From contig CAZECW010000076.1 in assembly GCA_964510585.1 (NCBI GenBank), positions 29,884 through 61,883 of the forward strand: a stretch of DNA of 32,000 nucleotides. Reading direction: 5' to 3'. The translations under genes were made by a program, and so were the position numbers. Positions 1 through 9,950 of the stretch are shown here, in pieces. This DNA is from an uncultured archaeon. Lineage in GTDB: Archaea > Asgardarchaeota > Jordiarchaeia > Jordiarchaeales > Jordiarchaeaceae. Every line of letters begins with the position of its first letter. Within the stretch, counting starts at the first letter, position 1. Below the pieces are notes generated by a model. The model saw nothing but the letters and a program-made list of their open reading frames with translations, had not been told where the DNA came from and did not search any database.

Positions 1-115
1 GAAAGTAGCACAGGTAAATACCAATCAAGCCCTCTAAAATATTTGGGTGCCGCTCTTCCTTCTTTTGTTGAAATTCTAAACCATTAATTACATTATCATT
101 CGAATTTTTGGACAT
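1..115 (-). CDS. 5' end of a hypothetical protein running off the left edge
   Basis: ATG at 115; frame open to the window edge: MSKNSNDNVINGLEFQQKKEERHPNILEGLIGIYLCYF. Only 38 codons visible; not in the ORF track. Confidence 0.45.
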   Translation of the reverse strand, partial: MSKNSNDNVINGLEFQQKKEERHPNILEGLIGIYLCYF

Positions 116-222
116 CTTAATGCACCAGAGAGTCTAGTGGAATAGTAGAGGATTCATTTTTCAGGGTAATTTTAATCTCTTGGTTCAAGAGTGAAGTTTG
201 GTATTTAGTTAATTAATTTTTC

Positions 223-687
223 TTAAACTCTTTTTTCAGCTGTATCCTTAGGTTGTAACTGGATTTCGTAATACCGTGTGTATTTTTTGAATTGGTTGAC
301 CCACTTTTTACTGATGACGCCTACAATCTGCCCCTGCTTATTAACGACCCCGACCCGCTTCACTTTGGTTTTGTCAAAAAGGGTTTTTAACTCGTCCATA
401 GAAACGTCCTCGCTCACCGTTATAATGTCCCTAACCATAACGTCTCCTGCTTTATAGATTCGGGGATCCTTCTCCTTAGCCACCAAACGGAATATGACTC
501 CATCCGTGATTATTCCAACAACCTTGTCGTTGTCGTCTTTTACGAATACTGAGCTTATCCAGTTATCCACCATTAGTTTTGCCACTTTGGGTAGGGAGTC
601 GTCGACATGGCAAGTTATCACGTCACGGCTAGCCGCATTGACTATTGAGAATTTCTCCCTATTTTCAGTTGACAATCTTTCCACCAA
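223..687 (-). CDS. CBS-pair (Bateman domain) protein
   Basis: Two CBS motifs: DVITCHVDDSL...LMVDNWISSVFVKDDNDKVVGIITDG and DIITVSEDVSM...RVGVVNKQGQIVGVIS. Start TTG 687 or GTG 684. Confidence 0.85.
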   Translation of the reverse strand: MVERLSTENREKFSIVNAASRDVITCHVDDSLPKVAKLMVDNWISSVFVKDDNDKVVGIITDGVIFRLVAKEKDPRIYKAGDVMVRDIITVSEDVSMDELKTLFDKTKVKRVGVVNKQGQIVGVISKKWVNQFKKYTRYYEIQLQPKDTAEKRV

Positions 688-1012
688 GTTTTTGTGGATC
701 TATCTGTTGATACTTTTTTGATTAGGCTTTTATACTTTTTTAATGTGTTAGCAGAACTAAATCGCCTTTGCGTTTTTAGATACAGAAGGCACTTTAATTT
801 TCGTTAGTTCTTCCCTTTATAATCTGGTGATTAGTTCACATTTTTAAAATTTTCAATTAACAAAGCATGTTAATAAAAGGAAAAAAGGTACAAATAGGGG
901 AGGCAGTATATGAAAACAAACATTTAATGTTCATGTCAGCTTGTTGACCGGCAGATAGAGTTAAAATTGCTTTTCGGTTAGATAAAATTTAATCGAGTCT
1001 ATTTCAGAGGTT

Positions 1013-2398
1013 GTGGAAATGGTATTTAAACACCAGTACATATCAGCAACCGAGGAAGATAAGAAGGCTATGTTAGACGAACTAGGTATCAAAAGCGTTG
1101 AGGAACTATATAGGGATATACCGAAAAAAATCAGATTGAATAGGCCGTTGGATCTTCCCAGCCCGCTGGTGGAGGCGGATTTAAAGCGGTTCATTGAACG
1201 TATGATGGATAAGAATGTTACACATAAAGATATGCCTGTGTTTTTGGGTTCGGGGGTTTGGCTTCACTACGTACCAGCGGTGGTAAGGTCGCTGGCGTTT
1301 CTTCCAGAATTTTTAACTGCCTACACTCCCTACCAGTCGGAGATTTCTCAGGGAATCCTTCAAGCTTTGTTCGAGTATCAAAGTATGATCTGTGAGATTA
1401 CAGGGATGGATGTAGCTAATGCTTCTATGTATGACTGGGCATCTGCGCTGGGTGAGGCTGCATTAATGGCGGGGAGAGCAACTAAGAGGAAGGAAATTTT
1501 AATACCCAGGATAATTCATCCCGAAAGAAAAGCCACACTTAAAACATATATACATAACATAATGAGTTTTAAAGAGATTCCTTACAACACAGAGACCGGA
1601 ACCATCGACTTAAATGCTTTGGACAATGCAATTTCTGGAAGCACTGCGGCAGTGTACGTAGAGAATCCAAACTATTTTGGGGTTGTGGAACATGAGGTTG
1701 CCGAGATTAGTAGTATAGCTCATGAAAACGGCGCCTTATTTGTGGTGGGTGTAGACCCAACCTCTTTGGGCGTTTTGGCTCCGCCTGGAGAATATGGTGC
1801 GGATATCGTGATTGGAGAGGGACAACCCCTAGGCGTTGATCCATCTTTTGGGGGCCCCCTGATTGGACTATTTGCCTGTAGGGATGACAAGGCCTTAATA
1901 AGGAATATGCCAGGAAGACTCATTGGTATGACTGAGGATACGCAGGGAAATCGCTGTTATACAATAACCCTGCAGACCCGGGAGCAACACATTCGCAGAG
2001 AGAAGGCCACGAGTAATATCTGCTCTAATGAGGCGCTTTGCGCGATTCAGGTGGCAGTGTATCTTGCTTGTGTGGGACCGAAGGGGCTGGTTCAGTTGGG
2101 GGAGACTTGCATGGCCAATGCTAAGTACGTGATGAAGAGGATAAATGAAATAGAGGGATTTACTGCGCCGATATTTGATTCTACTCATTTTAAGGAATTT
2201 ACAGTTAAATCTCAGATACCCGTAGATGAGGTTCACAGAATGTTGCTGGATAGAGGGGTGCATGGAGGTAAAATCATCAAAAATGAGTTCCCAGAGCTTG
2301 GAGAAGCTAGCCTCTACTGTGTAACAGAGATCCACAGCATTGAAGATATGGAAAAATTGTTAGAAGCGCTCACAGAAATCTCACGTAGTTCAGGGTAG
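1013..2398 (+). CDS. gcvPA: Glycine dehydrogenase (decarboxylating) subunit 1
   Basis: EFLTAYTPYQSEISQGILQALFEYQSMICEITGMDVANASMYD and LQTREQHIRREKATSNICSN motifs; GAGG RBS upstream; start GTG 1013 or ATG 1019. Confidence 0.95.
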   Translation: MEMVFKHQYISATEEDKKAMLDELGIKSVEELYRDIPKKIRLNRPLDLPSPLVEADLKRFIERMMDKNVTHKDMPVFLGSGVWLHYVPAVVRSLAFLPEFLTAYTPYQSEISQGILQALFEYQSMICEITGMDVANASMYDWASALGEAALMAGRATKRKEILIPRIIHPERKATLKTYIHNIMSFKEIPYNTETGTIDLNALDNAISGSTAAVYVENPNYFGVVEHEVAEISSIAHENGALFVVGVDPTSLGVLAPPGEYGADIVIGEGQPLGVDPSFGGPLIGLFACRDDKALIRNMPGRLIGMTEDTQGNRCYTITLQTREQHIRREKATSNICSNEALCAIQVAVYLACVGPKGLVQLGETCMANAKYVMKRINEIEGFTAPIFDSTHFKEFTVKSQIPVDEVHRMLLDRGVHGGKIIKNEFPELGEASLYCVTEIHSIEDMEKLLEALTEISRSSG

Positions 2399-2443
2399 GG
2401 GTTAAAGGAAGTAATAGTGTTTGTGGTTTGAGGAGGTTATGGA

Positions 2444-3991
2444 ATGGCTGAGGGGTTTAAACAGGCTATCTGGAAGGAGAGAGATAAAGTACTGGAGCCA
2501 CTTATATTTGAGATAAGTGTGCCGGGCAGGGTTGGGCATGTTTTGCCCAAGGCCTGCGACAAGGTTGTTAGTGAAGTTGGGGATGTGCTGAAAAGTATTC
2601 CGGAAAAAATCAGGAGAAAAACTCCAGTAAATTTGCCCGAGGTATCAGAAATACAGTTAACTAGGCACTATCTCCATCTCGCTCAGATGAACTATGCGGT
2701 GGATTTGGGTTTTTATCCTTTGGGTTCCTGCACAATGAAGTACAATCCAAAGATAAATGAGGAAATTGCCAGAATGGACAAGATTTCAAGGCTTCACCCC
2801 TATCAAGACGCTTCTACAGTTCAGGGAGCCTTGGAGTTGCTCTACCGTTTTGAAAAAATGCTTGCGGAAATTTCGGGAATGGCGCGGGTTACCTTGCAAC
2901 CTTCTGCGGGGGCTCATGGAGAACTAACCGGCCTCTGTATAATAAGAAAATACCATGAAGATAGGGGAGAAATTCAGAATAGAAGGGAAATAATTGTGCC
3001 CGATTCGGCTCATGGAACCAACCCTGCAAGTGCCAATATGGCAGGCTTTAGTGTGGTGACAATTCCATCCTCTACAGATGGTTGTGTTGACCTAGAAGCC
3101 CTGAGAACCGTGGTTGGGAAACAAACAGCGGGCCTGATGCTTACCAACCCTAATACGCTGGGCATATTTGAGGAGGAAATACTGGAGATTTCAGACATCA
3201 TCCATAGCGTTGGTGGTCTCCTATACTATGATGGAGCTAACTTGAACGGAGTTTTGAATAAAGTTAGACCGGGAGACATGGGATTTGACATTGTTCACTT
3301 TAATTTGCACAAAACATTTTCCACACCCCATGGAGGAGGAGGCCCAGGCGCGGGACCAGTAGGGGTAAAAGAGAAGTTGGTTCCCTATCTACCGATACCT
3401 ATAGTGGAGTATGACGAGAAGAAAGGCGCTTACTACTTGGATTATAATAGGCCTAAATCCATAGGGAAGATGAAGGGGTTCTACGGAAACTTTGGGGTAA
3501 TTGTCAAAGCTTACTCTTATATTCTCTCGCTTGGAGCTGAGGGATTAAATGAGGTTGCTGAGGTTGCGGTTCTTAATGCCAATTATTTGGCGAAAAAAAT
3601 TAGGGAAATACCGGGATTCAGTCTTCCCTATGCTGAAGATAAGCCCCGTAAGCATGAGTGTGTTATAAGCGCCGCAAAACTGAAGGCGGAAACTGGCGTC
3701 ACTGCGTTTGACGTGGCGAAAAGAATACTGGATTTTGGGATACACGCACCGGTTGTTTACTTCCCCCAAATAGTTGAGGAGGCTCTAATGATTGAGCCAA
3801 CAGAAACAGAAACTAAAGAAAACCTCGACGCCTTCGTTTCGGTGATGAAAAAGATATCCAGCGAAGCCTACGGTGAAAAAGAAAAGGTTCTGAGCGCCCC
3901 CCACAGCACCTCAGTGAGCAGGGTGGACGAGGTTAGAGCAGCCAGAAAACCAATACTGAGTTGGAAAATGTATCAGAAATATAAAAGTTAA
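2444..3991 (+). CDS. gcvPB: Glycine dehydrogenase (decarboxylating) subunit 2
   Basis: [35 protein letters not shown] and the PLP-lysine motif [19 protein letters not shown]; GGAGG RBS. Confidence 0.96.
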   Translation: MAEGFKQAIWKERDKVLEPLIFEISVPGRVGHVLPKACDKVVSEVGDVLKSIPEKIRRKTPVNLPEVSEIQLTRHYLHLAQMNYAVDLGFYPLGSCTMKYNPKINEEIARMDKISRLHPYQDASTVQGALELLYRFEKMLAEISGMARVTLQPSAGAHGELTGLCIIRKYHEDRGEIQNRREIIVPDSAHGTNPASANMAGFSVVTIPSSTDGCVDLEALRTVVGKQTAGLMLTNPNTLGIFEEEILEISDIIHSVGGLLYYDGANLNGVLNKVRPGDMGFDIVHFNLHKTFSTPHGGGGPGAGPVGVKEKLVPYLPIPIVEYDEKKGAYYLDYNRPKSIGKMKGFYGNFGVIVKAYSYILSLGAEGLNEVAEVAVLNANYLAKKIREIPGFSLPYAEDKPRKHECVISAAKLKAETGVTAFDVAKRILDFGIHAPVVYFPQIVEEALMIEPTETETKENLDAFVSVMKKISSEAYGEKEKVLSAPHSTSVSRVDEVRAARKPILSWKMYQKYKS

Positions 3992-4006
3992 CATTTTCAC
4001 TCACAA

Positions 4007-5170
4007 TTAATTTTTATCTGGAGATTTGGTTCCCGCCGCCTTCAGCTCCCTTAGCAGCTTCATCAGATCTACAACTCTGGCTAGTCTAGGCTTCTCTTTT
4101 ATTATTACTTGCACCTGAGTTCCAAGAGCTGAAAAATCGGGATGTATGTAGCCCATTCCTATGCCCATTTTGCCATGAGTTATGGATATGCCTCCGCTGG
4201 TAATCAGACCTATTTTTCTGTCACCGTGAAGAATGGGATAGTGAGGCCTGGGAATCCCCCTATCCTCCATAGCTATTCCAACTCTCACACGAGAAAGGGG
4301 GGCACCCTTAAGCTTCAACAATTTTTCTTTTCCCACAAAGTTCTTCTTTTCAAGGTTCACAAATGCGTCCAGTTTTGCTTCGAAGGGATTGGTGTTCTCG
4401 TCTATGTCATTTCCATAAAGGGGCAAACCAGCCTCAAGCCTCAAAGTGTCTCTGGCTCCCAGTCCACAGGGTAAAATATTAAATTCTCTCCCCGCCTCTA
4501 AAATATGGTTCCACAGATTAAGGGCTCTCTCAGCATTGTTAATAGGAACATCAAACTGAATGATTTCAAAACCGTCCTCGCCAGTGTAACCCGTCCTCGA
4601 AACCATGCAGGTATGATTCGAAACTTCTGTTAATATAAAATTAAAGCGTTTCAAGCGGTTTAGGTCAATTTTTACTAATTTCTGTAAAGTTTTTTGGGAA
4701 GCGGGTCCTTGAAGAGCATACATTGGTGTTAGATCAGAAATATCGTTTATTTTTACTTTGTAGCTTTTGGATTTTTCCAAGAGCCAATTGAAATCTTTTT
4801 CTCTGTTTCCAGCATTTACTACTAGAAGGCTCTTTTCTTTATTGAAATAGTTTGTGATGATATCATCTATTATTCCGCCTTCCTCATTAAGTAGGAGGCC
4901 GTACCTACAGGCGCCCTCATGTAGATCATCCATATTTCTTGAGGTAACATAATCAAGAAAATCTTTTGAGTTTTGGCCAGTAATTTCGAATCTTCCCATG
5001 TGGGTTACATCGAAAATTCCAACACTATTTCTAACGGCCAAGTGCTCCTTTATGATGCCGTATTGCTTATATTCTAGGGGCATTGCGAAGCCAGAAAAAC
5101 TAGTCATGATTGCTCGTTCAACATGCCAGTTGTATAAATGCGTCGTCCTCAGGTTTCCTCCATTTCTCAT
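4007..5170 (-). CDS. gcvT: Aminomethyltransferase (glycine cleavage T protein)
   Basis: EHLAVRNSVGIFDVTHMG, SRTGYTGEDGFE, PCGLGARDTLRLEAGLPLYG; convergent with gcvPB (15-nt gap). Confidence 0.95.
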   Translation of the reverse strand: MRNGGNLRTTHLYNWHVERAIMTSFSGFAMPLEYKQYGIIKEHLAVRNSVGIFDVTHMGRFEITGQNSKDFLDYVTSRNMDDLHEGACRYGLLLNEEGGIIDDIITNYFNKEKSLLVVNAGNREKDFNWLLEKSKSYKVKINDISDLTPMYALQGPASQKTLQKLVKIDLNRLKRFNFILTEVSNHTCMVSRTGYTGEDGFEIIQFDVPINNAERALNLWNHILEAGREFNILPCGLGARDTLRLEAGLPLYGNDIDENTNPFEAKLDAFVNLEKKNFVGKEKLLKLKGAPLSRVRVGIAMEDRGIPRPHYPILHGDRKIGLITSGGISITHGKMGIGMGYIHPDFSALGTQVQVIIKEKPRLARVVDLMKLLRELKAAGTKSPDKN

Positions 5171-5403
5171 GAAACCACCATAAAAAAGTGAATTAATTTC
5201 TCCTTTAATACTATCTTGCCTAGATAGATAATTTATTTTCTCCCAAGTTGGTATTAAATTTAGTTAAACTGGCTTCTTTGGGCTTAGCGGAATAAGTCAT
5301 AAAAGGTTTGAAATACAACATAATTCTGTGAAGTAAAGAAATACATAAGTATGGTTGGCGGAATATTTTTGACATAATACTGTTTCCAGATAGGTGTGTC
5401 CAG

Positions 5404-6387
5404 TTGGATTTTTTAGAGAACGCTAGGTTCTATGAGAAATTAGCGGAGAAGAGCCTTTCTTTTTTTAAAAAAAATTTTAGGAGTGCTGGATACTGGTATA
5501 GTAGCGCGGCGGATTACTATAGGATTGGAGGGGATAAGGAAAAGTTCATCAACCTAAAAAATTTAGCACTTAAATATTTCCTAAGCCTTTTAGAGGAGCC
5601 CAAAGAAAGGAGCATAGTAGACCGGGCAGGCCAGATTTACCTATGGGTTTCTTATGTCCATCGTGCATTGGGAAATCTAAATGAGCACCGCAACTTTTTA
5701 ATCAAGGCAGCTAAAACCTTTGCCCTACAAGCAAAGAATCTAAAGGGGGATAAAACATCGCTGGAAGCCATGATCAATTACTATAATGCTGCGAACTGTT
5801 ACCGAATCATTGGTGACAGAAGCAGAGCAGAGGAGAATTATAAAAATGCTTTAAGAGTATACTATCAAAAAGGAAGGAGTAAGGGAATCGAGTTTTCACC
5901 GGTACTGCTAGCCTCATGCCACTACAGACTGGGTGACATTAAAAAGGCGGTTGAAATTCTGGAAAAAGAATCAAAAAAGCAAAACCTTCCTCCACTAGTA
6001 TTCTCAAACATCAACTTAATCCTTGGATGTTATTATCTGGAAGAGGGAGAGGAAGAGGAGGCTAGGAAACACTTCGAAGAAGCAAGAATCCCCCCTGATA
6101 CCGAAAAACTGTCGGCACCTGAACTAGTTACCCAAGCTCTATGCCAACTAATGCTAAACAATGCTGAAAACGCCGCGGGACTAGCTGAAGTATCTATAAG
6201 ACTTTCATCCAAAATACGGGACTACAATCTAAGACAACTTATACAAGAGATAGGAGAACTTGTAATAGGCCTAGTTAAAGGCCAAGAGCGAAAAATTGAA
6301 GAATTAATGGAAAGCCTAACTTGGCAACACATGGAACTTCCACTCTATGACGCTTTAAACATAATTACTAAAAAACAGAGCCAGTGA
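5404..6387 (+). CDS. TPR-repeat helical protein with SNAP/Sec17-like repeats
   Basis: Repeated A-x2-Y-x2-AA-x2-Y-R-x2-G-D helices (AGYWYSSAADYYRIGGD; AMINYYNAANCYRIIGD) and TPR-like LASCHYRLGDIKKAVEIL, LGCYYLEEGEEEEARKHFE. TTG start. Confidence 0.72.
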   Translation: MDFLENARFYEKLAEKSLSFFKKNFRSAGYWYSSAADYYRIGGDKEKFINLKNLALKYFLSLLEEPKERSIVDRAGQIYLWVSYVHRALGNLNEHRNFLIKAAKTFALQAKNLKGDKTSLEAMINYYNAANCYRIIGDRSRAEENYKNALRVYYQKGRSKGIEFSPVLLASCHYRLGDIKKAVEILEKESKKQNLPPLVFSNINLILGCYYLEEGEEEEARKHFEEARIPPDTEKLSAPELVTQALCQLMLNNAENAAGLAEVSIRLSSKIRDYNLRQLIQEIGELVIGLVKGQERKIEELMESLTWQHMELPLYDALNIITKKQSQ

Positions 6388-6415
6388 ACACAAAACCAAT
6401 TAAAACGGGAGGGTA

Positions 6416-6931
6416 TTAGCAGTAGTATTTTGTAGTTTGCTGTCTAAAATCCTTAACAATTTCAATTTTCATATCCGAAGCGTCCATTTCGGGTGTGGGG
6501 TAGGTTATAAAGGGGAAGAAGTGGCTTATACCCTTATCACCCATCTGGGTTGCAGGATGATCTTCTCCAAGTAGAGACCGGGATATTTCAACGGTTAAGT
6601 GGCGCACGGCACTTTCATCTAAGACACCTAGGCTGTGAAGGTACTCATGAAGCAATAGGTGGAAAACGTAAGCATTGTAATACTCGGGTGACTGCTCTTT
6701 TATTCTCCTAAGGGGAGTTTTATTTAAAACGATCAGCTCAGAGCCCACTGGGTGAAATGCGCCAACAAGGTAACTTCCCTGAGCCCCCAAATCGGTTAAA
6801 CCCAACATTACCGCTCTACGTACCTTATACTTCAACATAACCGCATCTTCAACCAAGCTGAAAATATCCGTAAATGATTTAGAATTGTTCAACCGATTCA
6901 CAAATTCTTCCTGCCTATTCAAAAAAATCAA
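6416..6931 (-). CDS. Small zincin-like (HExxH) protein
   Basis: HLLLHEYLHSLGVLDE motif; 171 aa; TTG start; no signal peptide. Confidence 0.7.
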   Translation of the reverse strand: MIFLNRQEEFVNRLNNSKSFTDIFSLVEDAVMLKYKVRRAVMLGLTDLGAQGSYLVGAFHPVGSELIVLNKTPLRRIKEQSPEYYNAYVFHLLLHEYLHSLGVLDESAVRHLTVEISRSLLGEDHPATQMGDKGISHFFPFITYPTPEMDASDMKIEIVKDFRQQTTKYYC

Positions 6932-7173
6932 ACCCCATCTATAAAAGTTAAATAATTTGTTTCTAGATTAAACAATTCCCACATTCATATATATTGACTA
7001 AGTTTTAAACGCAACAAAAAACAATTTTATCAACAACGGTGGAAAAACTTCAAATTTGGAAGCTTCAAAAAAGTAATAAGGTTCTTTGAATTAACAATTT
7101 AACTCAAATACTTCGAAGGAACAAAAGTTTACTAACTAAGGAATACTTGTGGTATATTTGGAGCGTGAAAAAT

Positions 7174-7941
7174 ATGGAAGATGAGGTACTTAAAGACCTT
7201 AAAACAAGATATGAAAAAGGCGCCCCCAACCTAGTTGCTCGTTTAGTGGGATACTTGTCCATAGCCTCAATAGCAGCTATGATACCAATTATAGGAATAT
7301 CTTATATTTTATTGGAAGTTCTTCCGATGGATATCCCTTGGTATCTAATAATCTCACTTGCACCAGTTTACGTGGTGCTGGCAAGATGGATTTTTAACTT
7401 AACACTCATAGCCATTGCACGAATAACATTGAAACCAGTAGAGGAAGGGGAATACGAGATGGATGTGAAAAACAAAAATGTCAGAAACTGGCTAATAAAC
7501 GGTCTGGGAACCACACTTGCACTACACTACGTTGGATACCAACCCTTCGGCATGCCCGCCCTAAGTGGAGTGGTCTTGAGAATGCTGGGGGCGAAAATGG
7601 GATACGCAACACAGGCAAACTTTGCCGCAGACCCCTACCTGATGGAGTTTGGCGACGGAGCTATTGCGGGAGGAGGAACGATATTGTCAGGACATGCCTT
7701 CGCCGGCGGCCGACTAATTATAGGAAAAACCAAACTAGGGAGAAATGTTACAATAGGAGCCAACAGTGTAGTATTTCCAGGGGTAGAAATTGGAGATAAC
7801 AGCATCGTAGCCACGTTATCAACGGTGCCATACAAAACAAAGATTCCACCAAACCAGCTGTGGGGCGGAAACCCAGCACGCCAGATCGGAATAATAACTA
7901 AAGGCGGAAAAGTAAAGATGCTAAAAGAGATAGGGGACTAA
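7174..7941 (+). CDS. Membrane-anchored hexapeptide-repeat (left-handed beta-helix) acyltransferase-like protein
   Basis: Two hydrophobic N-terminal helices, then LRMLGAKMG...DPYLMEFGD and KLGRNVTIGANSVVFPGVEIGDNSIVA...LWGGNPAR. ATG 7174 after GGAG preferred over the track start 7147. Confidence 0.75.
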   Translation: MEDEVLKDLKTRYEKGAPNLVARLVGYLSIASIAAMIPIIGISYILLEVLPMDIPWYLIISLAPVYVVLARWIFNLTLIAIARITLKPVEEGEYEMDVKNKNVRNWLINGLGTTLALHYVGYQPFGMPALSGVVLRMLGAKMGYATQANFAADPYLMEFGDGAIAGGGTILSGHAFAGGRLIIGKTKLGRNVTIGANSVVFPGVEIGDNSIVATLSTVPYKTKIPPNQLWGGNPARQIGIITKGGKVKMLKEIGD

Positions 7942-8136
7942 ACCCTCTCAACTATTTTCGCATTCGTGATATAGGGAGCCACAAATAAAACTTGTTTCTT
8001 AACTACCCTACGCCTTATAAACATAAATGGTGGAGAAAGAAAGATATAATTATTTTTATAACTGGAGTGATAGCGATGTTTACCATAAAAGATTTAACTC
8101 AATTGTTAATATTGCATAACATTGGTCGTGTATTCG

Positions 8137-9561
8137 ATGCAGGGTTCTAAGGTAATAATTTTAGACTCGACGCTACGTGAGGGAGAACAAACTCCCGGCG
8201 TTTCCTTTAAAGTAGAAGAGAAAATAGAGATAGCAAGGAAGCTAGATGAAATAGGCGTAGGAATGATTGAAGCAGGCTCCCCGATTGTTTCAGAGGGAGT
8301 CAAGGAAGCTGTCAAAAAAATTGCGAAAGAAAATCTGAACGCGGAAATAATAAGTCACATAAGACCCGTAAAGAGCGACATCGACTTATCTCTAGACTGC
8401 GACGTAGACAGAGTAGCAATCTTCATTGGGACATCAAAAAGCCACCGTGAAGCCAAACTTAAAATGACCAAGGAGCAAATCCAAGAAAAAATTTTGGAAG
8501 CTATCAGCTATTCCAGGGATCATGGTTTAAAGGTGCGCTTCACCCCAGAGGACGCCACCAGAACTGAAATAGATTATCTCTTGCACATCTGTAAAGAGGC
8601 TGTCGAGGCGGGAGCCGACAGAATAAGCGTCGCAGACACTGTAGGCATTATGACCCCCAACCAGATGTATGATTTGGTATCAAAGATTCGCGCCAATGTG
8701 AGAGCAGAGCTGGATCTTCACTGCCATAACGATTTGGGTTTAGCTACAGCCAACTGTTTAGCAGGAGTACAGGCAGGAGCCACAGTAGTGCACACCACGG
8801 TGAATGGACTGGGGGAGAGAGCAGGCATCGCCCCTCTTTCCGAGGTTTCCGTGGCTCTCAAGGTGCTCCTAAACATTGACACGGGAATAAAATTCGATAA
8901 ACTCTCTGAAATATCCAGCATTGTTGAAAGATACAGTGGCATCTACCTCTGCCCCACCACGCCCATTGTAGGCACAAACGCATTTTCACACAAAGCAGGA
9001 ATTCACACTTCCGCAGTACTCGTCAACCCGGAAACCTATGAGGCATTCGACCCATCGCTACTGGGAAGAACCAGAAAAATAATCGTAGATAAATACGCGG
9101 GTAGGCATGCTGTAAAGGCTAAGCTGGATGAAATGGGAATAAACGTTAACGACGACCAATTAGTTAAGATAACCACGGAGATAAAGAATCTAGCTGACAA
9201 GAAAAGACGCATAGAAGACTCCGACATTGTGGCAGTAACCGAAAAAGTCTTAGGACAGAAGGTAAGCGGCGAAGCCCCAGAAATGATTACCGGACTGGTC
9301 TCCATAATGACAGACCCCCACATCTACACTACGAATATAATAAGGAGAATAATCAGCATAAATGGGGTTTCCGAAGCATACGAAATCAGTGGAGAATATG
9401 ATGTGGTTGCGCACATCCAAGCAAAAGACGTAGCCGCCCTAAATGAGTGCCTAGAGGCCATAAGAAACACCAAAGGGGTGGAAGCAACAACCACAACAAT
9501 TGTGCTCAAAAAATTCCAAAGGAAAGAGGAAGCAAAAGGACTGAGGAGAATATTCAGTTAA
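8137..9561 (+). CDS. Homocitrate synthase (DRE-TIM metallolyase) with C-terminal RAM (Lrp/AsnC ligand-binding) domain
   Basis: LDSTLREGEQTPGV, RFTPEDATR, HCHNDLGLA, NGLGERAG, HKAGIH, DKYAGRHAV; C-terminal YTTNIIRRIISINGVSEAYEISGEYDVV...LNECLEAIRNTKGV matches the RAM domain of Sulfolobus-type homocitrate synthase rather than the IPMS regulatory domain. ATG 8137. Confidence 0.82.
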   Translation: MQGSKVIILDSTLREGEQTPGVSFKVEEKIEIARKLDEIGVGMIEAGSPIVSEGVKEAVKKIAKENLNAEIISHIRPVKSDIDLSLDCDVDRVAIFIGTSKSHREAKLKMTKEQIQEKILEAISYSRDHGLKVRFTPEDATRTEIDYLLHICKEAVEAGADRISVADTVGIMTPNQMYDLVSKIRANVRAELDLHCHNDLGLATANCLAGVQAGATVVHTTVNGLGERAGIAPLSEVSVALKVLLNIDTGIKFDKLSEISSIVERYSGIYLCPTTPIVGTNAFSHKAGIHTSAVLVNPETYEAFDPSLLGRTRKIIVDKYAGRHAVKAKLDEMGINVNDDQLVKITTEIKNLADKKRRIEDSDIVAVTEKVLGQKVSGEAPEMITGLVSIMTDPHIYTTNIIRRIISINGVSEAYEISGEYDVVAHIQAKDVAALNECLEAIRNTKGVEATTTTIVLKKFQRKEEAKGLRRIFS

Positions 9562-9950
9562 TACCAAAACTCACCTTCTCTTGCCCGCCGGTAGAATACT
9601 GACAGAAAAGCATTTGCGAGTGGAACATGATTTTTATCTGTTGACTGAATTTATAGCTTGCAGTGGAGGTTCTCATTACCATATAAGGCATCGAGTTTGA
9701 GGCGATATACAAAAGTTTCCACACAATTAAAGAGATAGAATAAAGATCCATCACACTGTTACTACCTTTTGAAAACAAAAGAAATATATATTACGGCGCT
9801 TCACATGTTAGTACCTTTTGGAGGTATTTTAACAATGGGGTATTATCTTCCGACTGAATAGGGAAAAATGTTCCAAATTTAAAGCGACTTTTAAGTTGAT
9901 ATTCCCTTGCCCCAAGAAACGAAAATTACTTTTCAGCGAGGCGATGAGTT

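Noticed and set aside
9554-9778. 74-aa minus-strand ORF after homocitrate synthase
   Set aside because: No motif or RBS; likely a spurious intergenic ORF.
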